Origin: Octopus sinensis
Taxonomy: Eukaryota
Assembly: GCF_006345805.1 (NCBI RefSeq)
Contig: NC_043018.1
Location: forward strand, 8,742,001-8,806,000
Length of the DNA: 64,000 nt
Direction: 5' to 3'
The notes under the pieces were generated by a model, which was given only the letters and a program-made list of their open reading frames with translations, was not told where the DNA came from and did not search any database. The translations under genes were made by a program, and so were the position numbers. Position 1 is the stretch's first letter, and the number at the start of each line of letters is the position of its first letter. Shown here in pieces: positions 1 through 12,503 of this stretch.

Positions 1-236
1 TTGTTTAACATTTAGACTAAAATGTCCCCTCATGGGGCCCTAGTGTTTGTGTGATTCATTGTTGTTGTTGTTTATCCCATATAACCCTTATGGGCATCTT
101 TTGAGATTTATCACTCATTAGGGGTGTGCTCCTATGGATGCTTGGACATGGAAATACACAAGTTGCATATCCAACAGCATTAAAGAAAGTCCTTCTTCAA
201 CCAGTTCTAAACAGAACTGGGATATTACCCAGTTTG

Positions 237-637
237 GGCGCAAGAGTGGCTGTGTGGTAAGTAGCTTGCTTACCAACCACATGGTTCTAGGTTCAGTCCC
301 ACTGCGTGGCACCTTGGGCAAGTGTCTTCTACTATAGCCTTGGGCCGACCAAAGCCTTGTGAGTGAATTTGGCAAACAGAAAATGAAAGAAGCCCGTTGT
401 ATATATATATGTATGTGTGTGTGTGTGTGTGTATATGTTTGTCTGTCTGTGTCCCCAGCATCGCTTAACAACCGATGCTGGTGTGTTTGTGTCCCCCGTA
501 ACTTAGCAGTTCGGCAAAAAGAGACCGATAGAATAAGTACTAGGCTTACAAAGAATAAGTCCTGGGGTCGAATTGCTCGACTAAAGGCAGTGCTCCAGCA
601 TGGCCACACTCAAATGACTGAAACAAATAAAAGAGTA
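237..637 (+). mobile_element. tRNA-headed SINE, family A (full length)
   Basis: A-box-like TGGCTGTGTGG and B-box-like GGTTCAGTCCC, central (TA)/(TG) tract, 3' body ending GAAACAAATAAAAGAG; more than 20 related copies or fragments in the window. Confidence 0.85.
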
Positions 638-699
638 CTGTTACCCTAAATCCTAATGTGGGATAACGTTTTTAGGGGACCTGTCAATTCAAGGTTGTT

Positions 700-1048
700 T
701 TGGATTCTGTTATCCAAGGCATGATTTCAGGTTCAGTTCCACCGTGTGGCACAATGGGTAAATAGCTTCAAATACAGCCTCAGGCCAACCAAACTCTTGT
801 GACGGGGATTTGATTGACAGAAACTGAAAGAAGCCTGTCATGTATATATCTGTGTATCTGTGTATGTGTGTCTTTGTATCTCTTTGTCCCCTACTACTGC
901 TTGACAACCGATGTTGGTGTGTTTACATCCCCTTTATCTTCTTAGCAGTTCAGTGTAAGAGACCGATAAGTACTGGTGTCAATTTATTTAATTAAAAATT
1001 CTTCAAGGCAGTGCCCCAGCATGGCTACAGTCCACTGACTAACACAAG
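700..1048 (+). mobile_element. SINE family A, diverged copy
   Basis: Colinear with 237-637 but with many substitutions. Confidence 0.75.
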
Positions 1049-1432
1049 TAGATGATAGATGTTGTAGGTGTAATATAGCTACATGGTTTAGCAGTTCACT
1101 TTGCAATCACAAGGTCTTGTGTTCAATCCCATCACATAGCATCTTGGGAAAGTGTTATTTATTTTCTTTAGCCTTCAGGTCAGCCTTGTGAGTGAAACTG
1201 GGCAGACACTAAGTAGAAGTTTGTCAAATAGATTGAACTTGTAATTTATAAGTCTGGCTATGTTGCATGGGTTCTGCTAGAGAATTACATTATGGGTACA
1301 CATATCTGTGAAATACTCAACCATGTATATGTTAATTCAATGAACCTGGTGATTCAGTTGATTGAACAACTGAAAACACGTGGTCAGAAATTCCATGTTT
1401 TTTTGTTTTTTATTAAAAAAACTTTTTTTTAA

Positions 1433-1700
1433 AGGCAGCAATCTGGTAGACTTGTGAGCATACAATGGCAGTGCCCCAGCATGGCCACAGCTCGTCAGCT
1501 GAAACTAGATAAAATGAAAATGATAAAATGAAAAATACAAGACAAAATGCTTAGCAACATTTCTTCTGGTTTTATGCTGGGGTCAACTTTGCCTTTCATC
1601 CTTTTGGGGGTCGATAAACTAAGTACCAGTCAAGTACTGGGGTCAATGTAAATTGACTAATCCTACCCTTAAAATTTCAGGCTTTGTGCCTAATGTAAGA
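1433..1700 (+). mobile_element. SINE family B (Deu/Nin-like core), degraded and interrupted
   Basis: GGTCAACTTTGCCTTTCATCCTTTTGGGGGTCGATAAACTAAGTACCAG matches the core of the copies at 22.7, 47.6 and 57.8 kb. Confidence 0.65.
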
Positions 1701-1799
1701 AAAAAAAGAAGTCACTAGTCCTAATTGTCTGCAGCAGGACTAAAGAGTCCCTTGTGTTTGGAATTGCTTCTCCCCTACACAAGTTGACTGCCCTTTCGT

Positions 1800-2310
1800 T
1801 TGTAGAGTTCCTGTTTTCTTTACTAAGGGACAAGGTTGGAAAAATTGCAGGGAGCTTGTTACTTCTTCATGGCAAAAAGGCTTTATCGTCAGAATTGAGT
1901 ATTGCATTTGCATGGAGTGTGATTATTGCAAGGCATTGAGACATGAACTCTGAAAAGTGGATATGCAAAGTGTGAAAAGAAATGAAGCGAGCATGCTTCA
2001 CTGGATCTCTAATATCTGTATGCATGAATGAATGTGTAACGAATGGGCGATTAGAACGAGAAGAGCGGCTGAACAGCAAGGGAGATAACTGTGATGGTGT
2101 GGCTATACGGTACACTTGAAGAATGAAAGTTGGGCGAAAATGTGTTGAGTAAAGTAGAAAGAACTGGAAGAATACCCCCAAAATATGTGAAGTCTGATGT
2201 CAGAATGCTGCATCTTACAAAAAAGAAATGAAGGACTGCAGCCAATGGAAAGAAACTGTGTTAAAATTGTCCATCCACCCTCCCAGTGTGGAAAAGTAGA
2301 TATGTGTGAT
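1800..2310 (+). pseudogene. RTE-clade LINE ORF2 3' fragment, heavily decayed
   Basis: Piecewise translation (RNEASMLHW..., W.G..V, W..TV...S.HPP) parallels the C-terminus of the RTE copy at 23-24.5 kb; multiple stops. Confidence 0.6.
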
Positions 2311-2943
2311 GATGAATTTGTATATAAAATGTGTAATTTATAAGAAAATACCCTGTAGAATTCAGTTTTTTTTTCCAATTATTGATCTCAAAATGTAAAA
2401 AGTACATGTCTATGAAATAACCCCTGTTACTCTCTCCCCCATCACCTCAACCAAACAATTTCTGGCCTGTAGCGCCAATGTCATGTTATCCTCTCTCGCT
2501 CTCAAGTTAACCTTCCAGTCTTCAAATATGTTGAAACATCAAAGCGTGTTAGATCTAACAATATCAGACTTAATTACCTAATTACATAGTATATTAATTA
2601 TTCACACATTCTACAACCTCCTCCTCCTCCTCTGCCTCCTTCCCCACCATCTCTGCCCCCTCATGATGTTCTAGACTTTAGAGATGCACAAATTCCAACA
2701 ATTGTTGTAAGAAATAAATAATTTAACAAAAATGAAAATAAAAGAAAAAACTTAGTAACATTTTTTTATTTTTATTACATTTTGGAATAATAAATTTTTT
2801 TTTTCGGTCATTTGTGGAGTATTTGGTTATTTCTGTTTGCTCTGATGAGGATTTGAACCTACAACAACTCCGGTGAATATTTGAATGCTACATTTTTATT
2901 TTTCTGTTGTAGCCATGAAATGAACTTACGATGTTCTTCAATG

Positions 2944-3306
2944 TCTTGCTAACCAACCACATGGTTCCGGGTTCAGTCCTGCTGCGTGGCATCTTGGGCA
3001 AGTGTCTTATGCTATAGCCCCGGACCGACCAATGCCTTGTGAGTGGATTTGGTAGATGGAAACTGAAAGAAGCCTGTCATATATATGTATATATATATGT
3101 ATGCGTGTGTGTTTGTGTTTGTCCTCCTAGCATTGCTTGACAGCCGATGCTGGTGTGTTTACGTCGCTGTAACTTAGCAGTTCGGCAAAAGAGACCGATA
3201 AAATAAGTACTGCGCTTACAAAGAATAAGTCCCGGGGTCGATTTGCTCAACTAAAGGTGGTGCTCCAGCATGACCACAGTCAAATGACTGAAACAAGTAA
3301 AAGAGT
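2944..3306 (+). mobile_element. SINE family A (5' truncated)
   Basis: Colinear with the family A body and tail. Confidence 0.8.
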
Positions 3307-4365
3307 AATGTCATCTAACTTCCTCACACACATGCACACACACAAGTGAAGGCCTGAACGTGTGATTAAGATGTTCACTTTCAACTCTGTGGTTTCACGA
3401 GAAAAATGTGGTCTTCTACAGCCCTGACCCAAACAATCCTTTGTTAGTAAAAATGGTTGATGGAAACTGCAGGAAGCCTCTTATGTGTGCATCATCATCA
3501 TCATCATCATCATATAATGTCCATTCTCCATGCTGGCATGGATTACACGTTTTGACAGGAGCCAGCAAGCTGGAGGGCAACACCTAACTCCATGTCAGTT
3601 TTTGCATGGATTCTACAGCTGGATGCCCTTCCTAATGCCAACCACTTTACAGAGTGTACAGGGTGCATTATACGTGACATCAGCTCGGGTGCTATTTATG
3701 TGATATTCCGCTGCTTTGCTTGTCACTGCCTTAGGCCAAACAGGGATAAAACTCCTGCATTCTTGGTTAACATTACTACCAAAGTGCTCTGCACTTAAAA
3801 ATTTGTTGGAATAAAAAAAAATTCCTTGGAGAAACAGATTCAGATTCAGATTGGAAAAACAAGCATCTGGCTGTAAAAGCCATCCTCAAGTCCTGGCTCA
3901 ACTTTTGGCAGCAAGGAAAGCAAAATTTGACATTAAGCAAAAACCAAACATATACATCCAGTGTATGCTATTCAGGCAGCTTTTAATTAAAATAGCTGTC
4001 TATGCATCATATGTATTATGTATACAGAGTCAATTGGCCAGTTACTTCAGTATTTGTCCTGAGATAACATCTCTCAAGGCCTTGCTGTGTTAAAAACACA
4101 ATAACTATCAGAGTGAGATGACAATCTGTTCCAGCAGTGACCAGTGAAAGCACCAGATGCATTTTGGCCTTTTTAGGTCATTTCAGTGACATACACATGC
4201 AGCTGGCATATACATGCCACACACTTAGACAAGTATTCGTCATCTCTGATATAGGTTTAAGGGAATAAAACATGAACTATTTTCTCTTTCTGATATCTAT
4301 TGTTTTTAACACAGCTTTCTGCCTTTAATAGTAATAATAATAATGATAATAATAATAATAATAAT

Positions 4366-4945
4366 AGCCCTGATGCAGTACCAGACAGTGGGTCTCATGG
4401 CTTCTGATCTTAACTGATTGGAAGTGTTATCATGTACATTGTTTTGTCTTGGTATAAAAGATGGGCTACAGCAAATACTCTGCTCAATACCACAGATTTG
4501 CTTGTCAGTTATTTGAACTTAACCAGTTGAGTATGTCCCTTGGTGGCTGACGATATGTGCATCTCTGATCATGAGCAGAAGTTGTGGGGGAGCATCATAG
4601 CCATGTGTTAGGAGGGATTCTTTGACGTTTGGATAATTCACCTTTGGAAACATGGGTATTTTGTTCGACATCCTCAAACAACCTTTATTCAAGGACCTTT
4701 TGAGTGGGATGGGCTACCTGACCTGAAGAAAATTCTAACTGGGCCCCACCTGCAAGGTCATGCACTGTTTATCTTGATATGAGACCACTATGTCACACAC
4801 ATATGGTTGTGATGCATGTGCCTGGTGTACCCTTATCAGATGGGTAATCTTGATGGGTATAGTGGGCTTCGTATATTTTACCCTAGGGTCAGTTTGATGG
4901 CATCCCCTGCTCTCTCACTCAATAATAATAATAATAATAATAATA
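4366..4945 (+). mobile_element. Unclassified ~570-bp interspersed repeat (family E) with (AAT)n tail
   Basis: Second copy in opposite orientation at 58007-58560; ends CTCTCTCACTC(AAT)n, consistent with a retroposon 3' end. Confidence 0.7.
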
Positions 4946-5550
4946 AAAAGACAAGGTTCCTACACTTGGTGAAAAAATAAATTATGTCAAAGTGCAATAC
5001 TTTAAGCAGTAAATGTTTTCATCTTTCATGTCTGGGGTGACACAGATTGATAATGTCTCATGTATTGTTGTTGTAACATAGTTGCCAGCATTTTAGGAGT
5101 CCCCCATGGATAATCAGTCTTAAACTCCTCTACATACATATATTGCTGACTCTTTTTGTCATAGATGGTAAATGCCAGTTTTGCAATTTCTTGCAGAACA
5201 ACCCTCTCAGATAATTTGTTTACAGTGATCAAATGCCTGTGCTGTGCATTCGCTCACACCCTCCATCAAATCGATATTCCCAGTATAGATGCAAGCTGTA
5301 CTACATCTCGAATGTCAAAGTAATTGTAGAGCAATGTTAAATAAAGTGTTTTGCTCAAGAATACAAAGAATTACTTGGTCTGGGAATCGAAATCATGAAC
5401 CCACAATTGAGAGTTCAACTCTGTAATCACTTCTCTACCTGCCCTCACTTATATATTTACATATAAACTGATATACAAATGTATTTATTCATAAATGTAT
5501 AATAATAATAATAATAATAATGAAATTATTGTATACAAATTATTGTATAT

Positions 5551-5716
5551 AGGCGTAGGAGTGGCTGTGTGGTAAGTAGCTTGTTTACCAACCACATGGT
5601 TCATGGTTCAGTCCCACTACGTGGCACCTTGGGCAAGTGTCTTCTACTATAGACTCGGGCCGACCAAGGCCTTGTGAGTGGATTTGGTAGACGGAAACTG
5701 AAAGAAGCCCGTCGTA

Positions 5717-5763
<47 letters not shown>

Positions 5764-5972
5764 TTGTGTTTCTGTGTTTGTCCTCCCAATGTCGCTTGAC
5801 AACTGATGCTGGTGTGTTTACGTCGCTGCAACTTAGCGGTTCGGCAAAAGAGACCGATAGAATAAGTACTAGGCTTACAAAGAATAAGTTCTGGGGTCGA
5901 TTTGCTCGACTAAAGGCAGTGCTCCAGCATGGCCACAGTCAAATGACTGAAACAAGTAAAAGAGTAAAGAGA
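5551..5972 (+). mobile_element. SINE family A inserted into a CR1-group 3' UTR relic
   Basis: Flanks GAAATTATTGTATAC and AGTGCTGAGGTGTACCAC rejoin into the CR1 tail seen intact at ~8234-8270 and ~17354-17390. Confidence 0.8.
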
Positions 5973-6926
5973 GTGCTGAGGTGTACCACTTGTCAAAAGT
6001 GCGTATAAAGCATTTGCAGTAATGTACAAATGCCTGTATTCATATAGGTGTGTGTGTGTGTGTGTGCATTTGTGAAGGTTCGTGGTCTTGTGGTTAGGGT
6101 GCAGGGCTCTTGATCATAAAGCCTTAGGTTCGATGACTGGATTGAGCAGTACAAAATCAATGCATCTTAAAAACAACGAGGTTATAATTCAAGGGACACA
6201 ACTGGATCTCAAGTTATTTCCCTTTTCCGTCTTTCAAATATTTTTCGTTTTACTCTTATTTTCCTTTCAAACTGACAAATACTCGATCCCTTGGTCACTT
6301 AATATGAATAAACAAATAGCCTCAGTGAGATTTTTACCACTTTCCGTTTATTAATGAGAAAACAAAATATAATTTGCATTGGGCAAATAGTCTGTTGAGG
6401 AAAGTCACGTACAAAGCTGGGTAGACAGACAGACACACAGAGATGCTAGTTCAGTATTAGTTGTTGTTTGACAACTAGACTGATCAACAGGAATTTTTTG
6501 CAACATCCACTGACGAAACTATTACTTACTTAAAAACTAACCATACCAGGAGGGGGGGGGCATTCGCATTTAAAATAATAATAACGAAATTATTGTATAC
6601 AGTGCTCACAACTTGTCAACTTTATCAGTTATTGAAACCATGTCAAACACTCAATTACAGAGAGCTTTTTTATTAATTTTCATCCCAGGCAATTTCATGG
6701 ATGAAATACATATTTCTTTAAACTAGATTTAGGTGCAACACCAACTTTCTAGACACTGATGGCCCAGAACCTCTCTTAACCTCTCTCTCTCTCTCTACAC
6801 TACGTGGTTTCTGGTCCAGTCTAGGCCTCGAAACCGGTTTTATAAAACCAGTTAAACCCGGTTCTATATTACGATCAGTCAAACCGAAACCGATTTGTCA
6901 AAACCGATTTTAAGGCTTGCTCTTTC

Positions 6927-7041
6927 GGATCTTTTCAATAAACGATGTTTTATGTAACACATTCTAACAGTATACGAAGTTTAAAAGTGTTTAGTTACAA
7001 ATAACTATTTTTTAAATGTGCTGGTCAAAGTGAAAAGATCC
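6927..7041. mobile_element. GGATC-ended MITE, internally deleted mini copy
   Basis: GGATCTTTTC...GAAAAGATCC; 8-bp TSD GCTCTTTC/GCTGTTTC (7 of 8 match); body matches the right arm of 57196-57618. Confidence 0.75.
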
Positions 7042-7492
7042 GCTGTTTCTTTCTTTTTTTTTTTTTTTTTCTCCATTTTTTTCTTTTCAAGAAATATCGT
7101 TGAAACTGAACTAACTGAACTGTTGTCGGTCACATTTAGTTGAGAGTGCTGTCTGTTTCATTGAAACATATCGCAACATATCAATTCTCACTTTTTCTCC
7201 CCTTGAACCTTAGATCAGCACCTTGTCATCTCCTTCGCTAACCCCTGGCTGACTCTTTGAATTTGCAGGTAACTGAGTTTATTCATAGCAAGTCAAGGAG
7301 ATGCTGTTAGTCTTCAGTTGGGTGATCTTTCCCGTTGAGCATATGTAATAACCAGTTCCAGATTCATTCCAAGGAAGTAACACTAAATTTTTTTGAAGTG
7401 AAGAGATCGCCATGACAGACGATAGTGATCGCTATAACAGACGATAGTGATGATGAAGCTGACATAAGCCAACAAGACATTGTCAAACAGAT

Positions 7493-9002
7493 TTGGCTCA
7501 CGAAAATGCTTGTTTTCTCCAGCTAAAACCTGAATTTAACAATGTTTTAAATAAGGTAAGAAATATTTCAAAACTTTTCCGTAAATCTCTCACAAAAAAT
7601 GAAATTTTGCAAGATTTTGTTCGAGCGAACTTTGATAACAGAGAATATAAACTTATACTGGATTGCAGAAATCGGTGGAATGGCACATTCCATATGATTG
7701 AGAGATTTTTGAAATTGAAAAGCTGCATTCTAAATGCTCTACAAGCAGAACTTTCCACAGATGCCGTCACTGACGAAGGATGGAAATCTTTCGATTTACT
7801 ATATGAAATTCTGCATTCAGTAATTATTTTGAAGGCTATTTGCACGGATGATACGGGTTTACTGAAAGCGGAATATTCTATAGAATTTTTATTGAATAAA
7901 CTTAATATCGTCGGCAACCCTTTGGTTCTAAATCTTCGTGAAAGACTTATGTATAGATATAATAAGAGAAGAAATGTCGAAACCTTGACTCTCTTGAGGT
8001 ATTTACATAACCCAAGGAAATTTAAAGGGGAGTCAATTTCTGGACCTTTTCTATTTTTTAACGAAACAACATTTAAGGAAGTATGCTGAACAAACATATT
8101 GGAGATTATTTCCTGAACATGATGCTGAGAACACAACAGAATTATACGAAGAAAATGAATAGGAGGGAACCTAAAAACAAGTGTTACTGTTGTCCCACCT
8201 ACTTATAATAATAATAATAATGATGATGATGATGAAATTATTGTATACAGTGCTCAGGTGCACCACAACTTGTCAGAAAGTGCATATAAAGTATATGCAG
8301 TAATGTACAAATGTCTGGGAAGCGAACAATGTATGAGTCAGATATATGCTTGTGTGTGTATGGAGGGGAGAAAATCAGGTGTAGTGTTGGCGAATCTCAG
8401 GAAGCATGGAAGTTTTGAAGGATGCAGTGCTCCGAAAACTAACATCTGATGCCGGCAGTTTGTTCCATGCTTCAGCAACTCACAGCGTGAAAAAATGTTT
8501 CCTGAAGTCATGGGAGCTGTGCTGTTTTCTGACTTTGTAAATATGTCCACGGGTGTTAGACGGGTGGAGTTTGAAAAGGTTTGTAAGATGGTTGATAATT
8601 TTATGGGTGTCTGCCAAGTCAGCTGCCAGACGTCGGAGTTTCAGTGTGTCCATGCCCAGGGAAGTACGGCGTTCAGAATATGGCAAATGCCTGATGGAGG
8701 GTATTCTTTTGGTTGCACGTCGCTGAACGGCTTCCAGACGATTAATATCCTGGGCAAGATAGGGGTTCCAGACCGGTGATGCAAACTCCAGGTGAGGTCT
8801 TACCATAGCTATATAAAGCCACAGATAGATAGCTGGAGAGCGGCTCATGAAGGACTTGGTAAGTGATGCCAAGACACCCTCAGCCTTCTTGGCAATTTTT
8901 TATGAAGGTAATGAACTCATTCGTGAATACACAAGCGCAAGGAAGAAAATGAATGAAGAGCCCAAGATGGTAACAGATGGATTTGAAATCTCTAAAGAAT
9001 TT
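7493..9002 (+). pseudogene. hAT transposase remnant (frameshifted, interrupted by CR1, C-terminus deleted)
   Basis: ORF 7493-8089 has VLNKVRNISKLFRKS, LILDCRNRWNGTFHMIERF (hAT DV.TRWNST-like) and YLHNP; reading continues in shifted frames to ~8190 and again at 8880-9002. Confidence 0.8.
8200..8880 (-). mobile_element. CR1-group LINE 3' fragment (RT C-terminus, 3' UTR, (CAT)/(TAT) tail)
   Basis: ORF 8480-8872: YIAMVRPHLEFASPVWNPY...INRLEAVQRRATKRIP...YSERR..LGM.TL..RR...D. Confidence 0.85.
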
Positions 9003-9003
9003 G

Positions 9004-9316
9004 GGTACTATTTAAGAAGAGTGGTCCGGTGCACATACTCGCGCATCCGCACTAGCTAGTCGTGACTAGTCGATCCTACAACGACTACCTAGCAAAGTAA
9101 ATAAAGCACAAAGTAAATAATTTTTTGGATCTTTTCCTTTTGAACGGCACTTTATAACATAATTTCTGGGTAACTAAAAAGTTTTAAACTTCGTATACTG
9201 GTAGAATGTCTTTATAAAACATCCAATTTTTTTCAAAACAAAGTAAATAAAACACAAAGTAAGGATCGACTAGTCATGACTAGCGCGCACCGGGACCACT
9301 CTTCTTAAGTAGTACC
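9004..9316. mobile_element. Mutator-like MITE with GGTACT termini
   Basis: Arms GGTACTATTTAAGAAGAGTGGTCC.GGTGC...ACTAGTCGATCCT and their reverse complement at ~9263-9316; no TSD visible (an adjacent deletion of the host hAT is likely). Confidence 0.7.
9127..9224. mobile_element. GGATC-ended MITE, mini copy nested in the Mutator-like MITE
   Basis: GGATCTTTT...AAAACATCC flanked by 8-bp TSD AATTTTTT. Confidence 0.7.
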
Positions 9317-9971
9317 CGCAAAAACCGGGTTTTACCGGTTTTGAGAATTACTTATATTTGAACTCGGTTTTGGGAATTATCGGTTTTTTGCGAGCCCTAG
9401 TCCAGTCCCACTGCATGGAACCTCAGAAAGGTGTCTTCTATTATAACCCTGAGCTGAACGAAACAACCAGTAAAAACAGGCTGAAGCTAATTTCTTTTAC
9501 TCAGCCATGACAGGTAATTTATCTTTCGACACCTGGAAAATTCTTTAACACAAAACCATTTAGTAACAGGAATTGGTCATTGAGATGAAATTATTATAGT
9601 CTTTAAATAATATACCTGCTCAGTTATTTAATATAACAGTGCATTTATTTGACTGATAAAAACTTATTAGACAATCTGTGTGTTTGTGTGTGTGTTGGTA
9701 CCTGTCTGAGTTTATGTTTACACCTGTCTAAACCCAGGTTAATTGTTAATGCTGTGGGATCTTTTCCTTTTGAACGGCAGTTTGTAACATAAGGTACTTG
9801 TCTATTGTCGTGGTCCCGGTTTCTCACACGCGAATTCGCGCGCGCGCGCCAGACGTAGGTACTCGATACTCGAGATCCTACGAGGTGACTTGCGCATGGC
9901 AGTGCAGAATTCGCGCATGCGCGTTACCCCCCCACCCTTAAAAAAAGGTGTTGGATTTCACTAAAAATATA

Positions 9972-10003
<32 letters not shown>

Positions 10004-10289
10004 ACATTTTCAATTTTACACAAAAAAATTACATAGTCGCTTTCCTCGCGGATTTACAGATAAATGAATTAATTACTATTTTACAGAATAAAATTAATGA
10101 ATTAATTATATAAATTAAATAATTCTTGAAAATTAATTAATATTAATAATATTTTTTGAACAAAGTAAATAATTTATAAAACTTGGTTAATAATTTTTTT
10201 TACACAAACGCGAACGTATATAATTTGTGAAACTTTTTTTTTTTTTACAGACGTATATAATTTGGTAAACTTAATGAATTAATTTCTTC

Positions 10290-10708
10290 TCATCATCATC
10301 ATCGTTTAACGTCCGTTCTCCATGCCAGCATGGGTTGGACGGTTCGACCGGGGATCTGGGAAGCCAGAAGGCTGCACCAGGCTCCAGTCTTATCTGGCAA
10401 TGTTTCTACAGCTGGATGCCCTTCCTAACGCCAACCACTCCGAGAGTGTAGTGGGTGCTTTTTACATGCCACCCGCACAGGTGCCAGGAGAGGCTGGCAA
10501 CGGCCACGGTCGGATTGGTGCCAGTCGAGGCGGCTCTGGCATCGGCCACGATTCGGATAGTGCTTTTTACGTACCACCAGTCCAGGGGTCCTGGCATTTG
10601 CCGGGTGCCACACTTGCCCCAACATGTCTTCGCAAGCAAAGGGGGTTGGCGTGGGTGCCTGTCGTGGGATGAGGTTCGATATCAACTTCGCTTGCCTCAA
10701 CAGGTCTT
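10290..10708 (-). mobile_element. RTE 3'-UTR-derived repeat (family D) inside the left foldback arm
   Basis: (CAT)n-CGTTTAACGTCC...CATGGGTTGGACG tail shared with about 15 copies in the window and with RTE 3' ends at 15.1-15.3 and 18.8-19.0 kb. Confidence 0.8.
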
Positions 10709-11289
10709 TGTGTATAAATGTATAAATTTTTCGCACTAAATTCTTTCCGTAGAATTTATCAAAAAACGCGCAAAATTATTCCGTAGAATTTATCAAATTA
10801 AAAAACGCAAAATTAATATATTTTTTGAAATTGCAAATTATTTAGAATATAAAACAAATGAAGTTAAATTTTAAAATAAATGTCATATACTTATACTCTG
10901 TAAGGTGCTGTGTTCACACTTCAATTTACTATTTTCTAGAAATGTTGCTTTTCTAATTGAAACAATTTTTCTCAATCTCCATTTAAAAGTCCATAATGCC
11001 TCTTGAGCCATATCAAAATGAACAACTTTGAATTACGTGGTGGTGGTGGTGGTGTGAGGTTCTAATTTTTTTTTCTGATCTCTCTTTGCCCCCTCTTTAT
11101 CTCGGTTGTTCATTCCGCTAATATTTAGAAAAATTTTCGCGCCCAATTTTTGTTGTCGCGGGAAAAGATGAACGATTTAAAATAAATATATCTTAATTGT
11201 AGTGTGAGAAAGTATATATATTCTGATGACAAAATATATAATCTTTCAAAAACATCCCAAATTTATAGACTATATCGTGTAGGTTTAAG

Positions 11290-11338
<49 letters not shown>

Positions 11339-11769
11339 AGAATGAAACATCTTTCATCTGTCTCCCCACCACACCTCCATCTAGGGGGGCAAAGAGAGAT
11401 CAGAAAAAAAATTAGAACCTCACACCACCACCACCACCACGTAATTCAAAGTTGTTCATTTTGATATGGCTCAAGAGGCATTATGGACTTTTAAATGGAG
11501 ATTGAGAAAAATTGTTTCAATTAGAAAAGCAACATTTCTAGAAAATAGTAAATTGAAGTGTGAACACAGCACCTTACAGAGTATAAGTATATGACATTTA
11601 TTTTAAAAATTTAACTTCATTTGTTTTATATTCTAAATAATTTGCAATTTCAAAAAATATATTAATTTTGCGTTTTTTAATTTGATAAATTCTACGGAAT
11701 AATTTTGCGCGTTTTTTGATAAATTCTACGGAAAGAATTTAGTGCGAAAAATTTATACATTTATACACA

Positions 11770-12185
11770 AAGACCTGTTGAGGCAAGCGAAGTTGATATC
11801 GAACCTCATCCCACGACAGGCACCCACGCCAACCCCCTTTGCTTGCGAAGACATGTTGGGGCAAGTGTGGCACCCGGCAAATGCCAGGACCCCTGGACTG
11901 GTGGTACGTAAAAAGCACTATCCGAATCGTGGCCGATGCCAGAGCCGCCTCGACTGGCACCAATCCGACCGTGGCCGTTGCCAGCCTCTCCTGGCACCTG
12001 TGCGGGTGGCATGTAAAAAGCACCCACTACACTCTCGGAGTGGTTGGCGTTAGGAAGGGCATCCAGCTGTAGAAACATTGCCAGATAAGACTGGAGTCTG
12101 GTGCAGCCTTCTGGCTTCCCAGATCCCCGGTCGAACCGTCCAACCCATGCTGGCATGGAGAACGGACGTTAAACGATGATGATGA
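11770..12185 (+). mobile_element. Family D copy inside the right foldback arm (mirror of 10290-10708)
   Basis: Reverse complement of the left-arm copy; I see only a difference of one GAT unit in the tail. Confidence 0.8.
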
Positions 12186-12471
12186 GAAGAAATTAATTCA
12201 TTAAGTTTACCAAATTATATACGTCTGTAAAAAAAAAAAAAGTTTCACAAATTATATACGTTTGCGTTTGTGTAAAAAAAATTATTAACCAAGTTTTATA
12301 AATTATTTACTTTGTTCAAAAAATATTATTAATATTAATTAATTTTCAAGAATTATTTAATTTATATAATTAATTCATTAATTTTATTCTGTAAAATAGT
12401 AATTAATTCATTTATCTGTAAATCCGCGAGGAAAGCGACTATGTAATTTTTTTGTGTAAAATTGAAAATGT

Positions 12472-12503
<32 letters not shown>

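Larger units (their letters stand above)
6822..9399 (+). mobile_element. hAT DNA transposon, defective, with nested insertions
   Basis: 8-bp TSD GTCCAGTC (6814-6821 and 9400-9407); termini TAGGCCTCG / CGAGCCCTA; subterminal AAACCG-type repeats at both ends; transposase remnants inside; flanks rejoin into a family A SINE head. Confidence 0.9.

Noticed and set aside
2842-2945. CTGATGAG...CTACAACA/TGTTGTAG...GAAA hammerhead-like arrangement
   Set aside because: The stem is offset from the core by about 9 nt and no stem I partner follows a plausible cut site; at most a relic
7498-8136. 212-aa minus-strand ORF
   Set aside because: Antisense shadow of the hAT transposase remnant
10322-12156. Mirror-identical ORF pairs (116, 103, 94, 77 aa)
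   Set aside because: Products of the foldback arms and the embedded RTE-tail repeat; no recognisable domain
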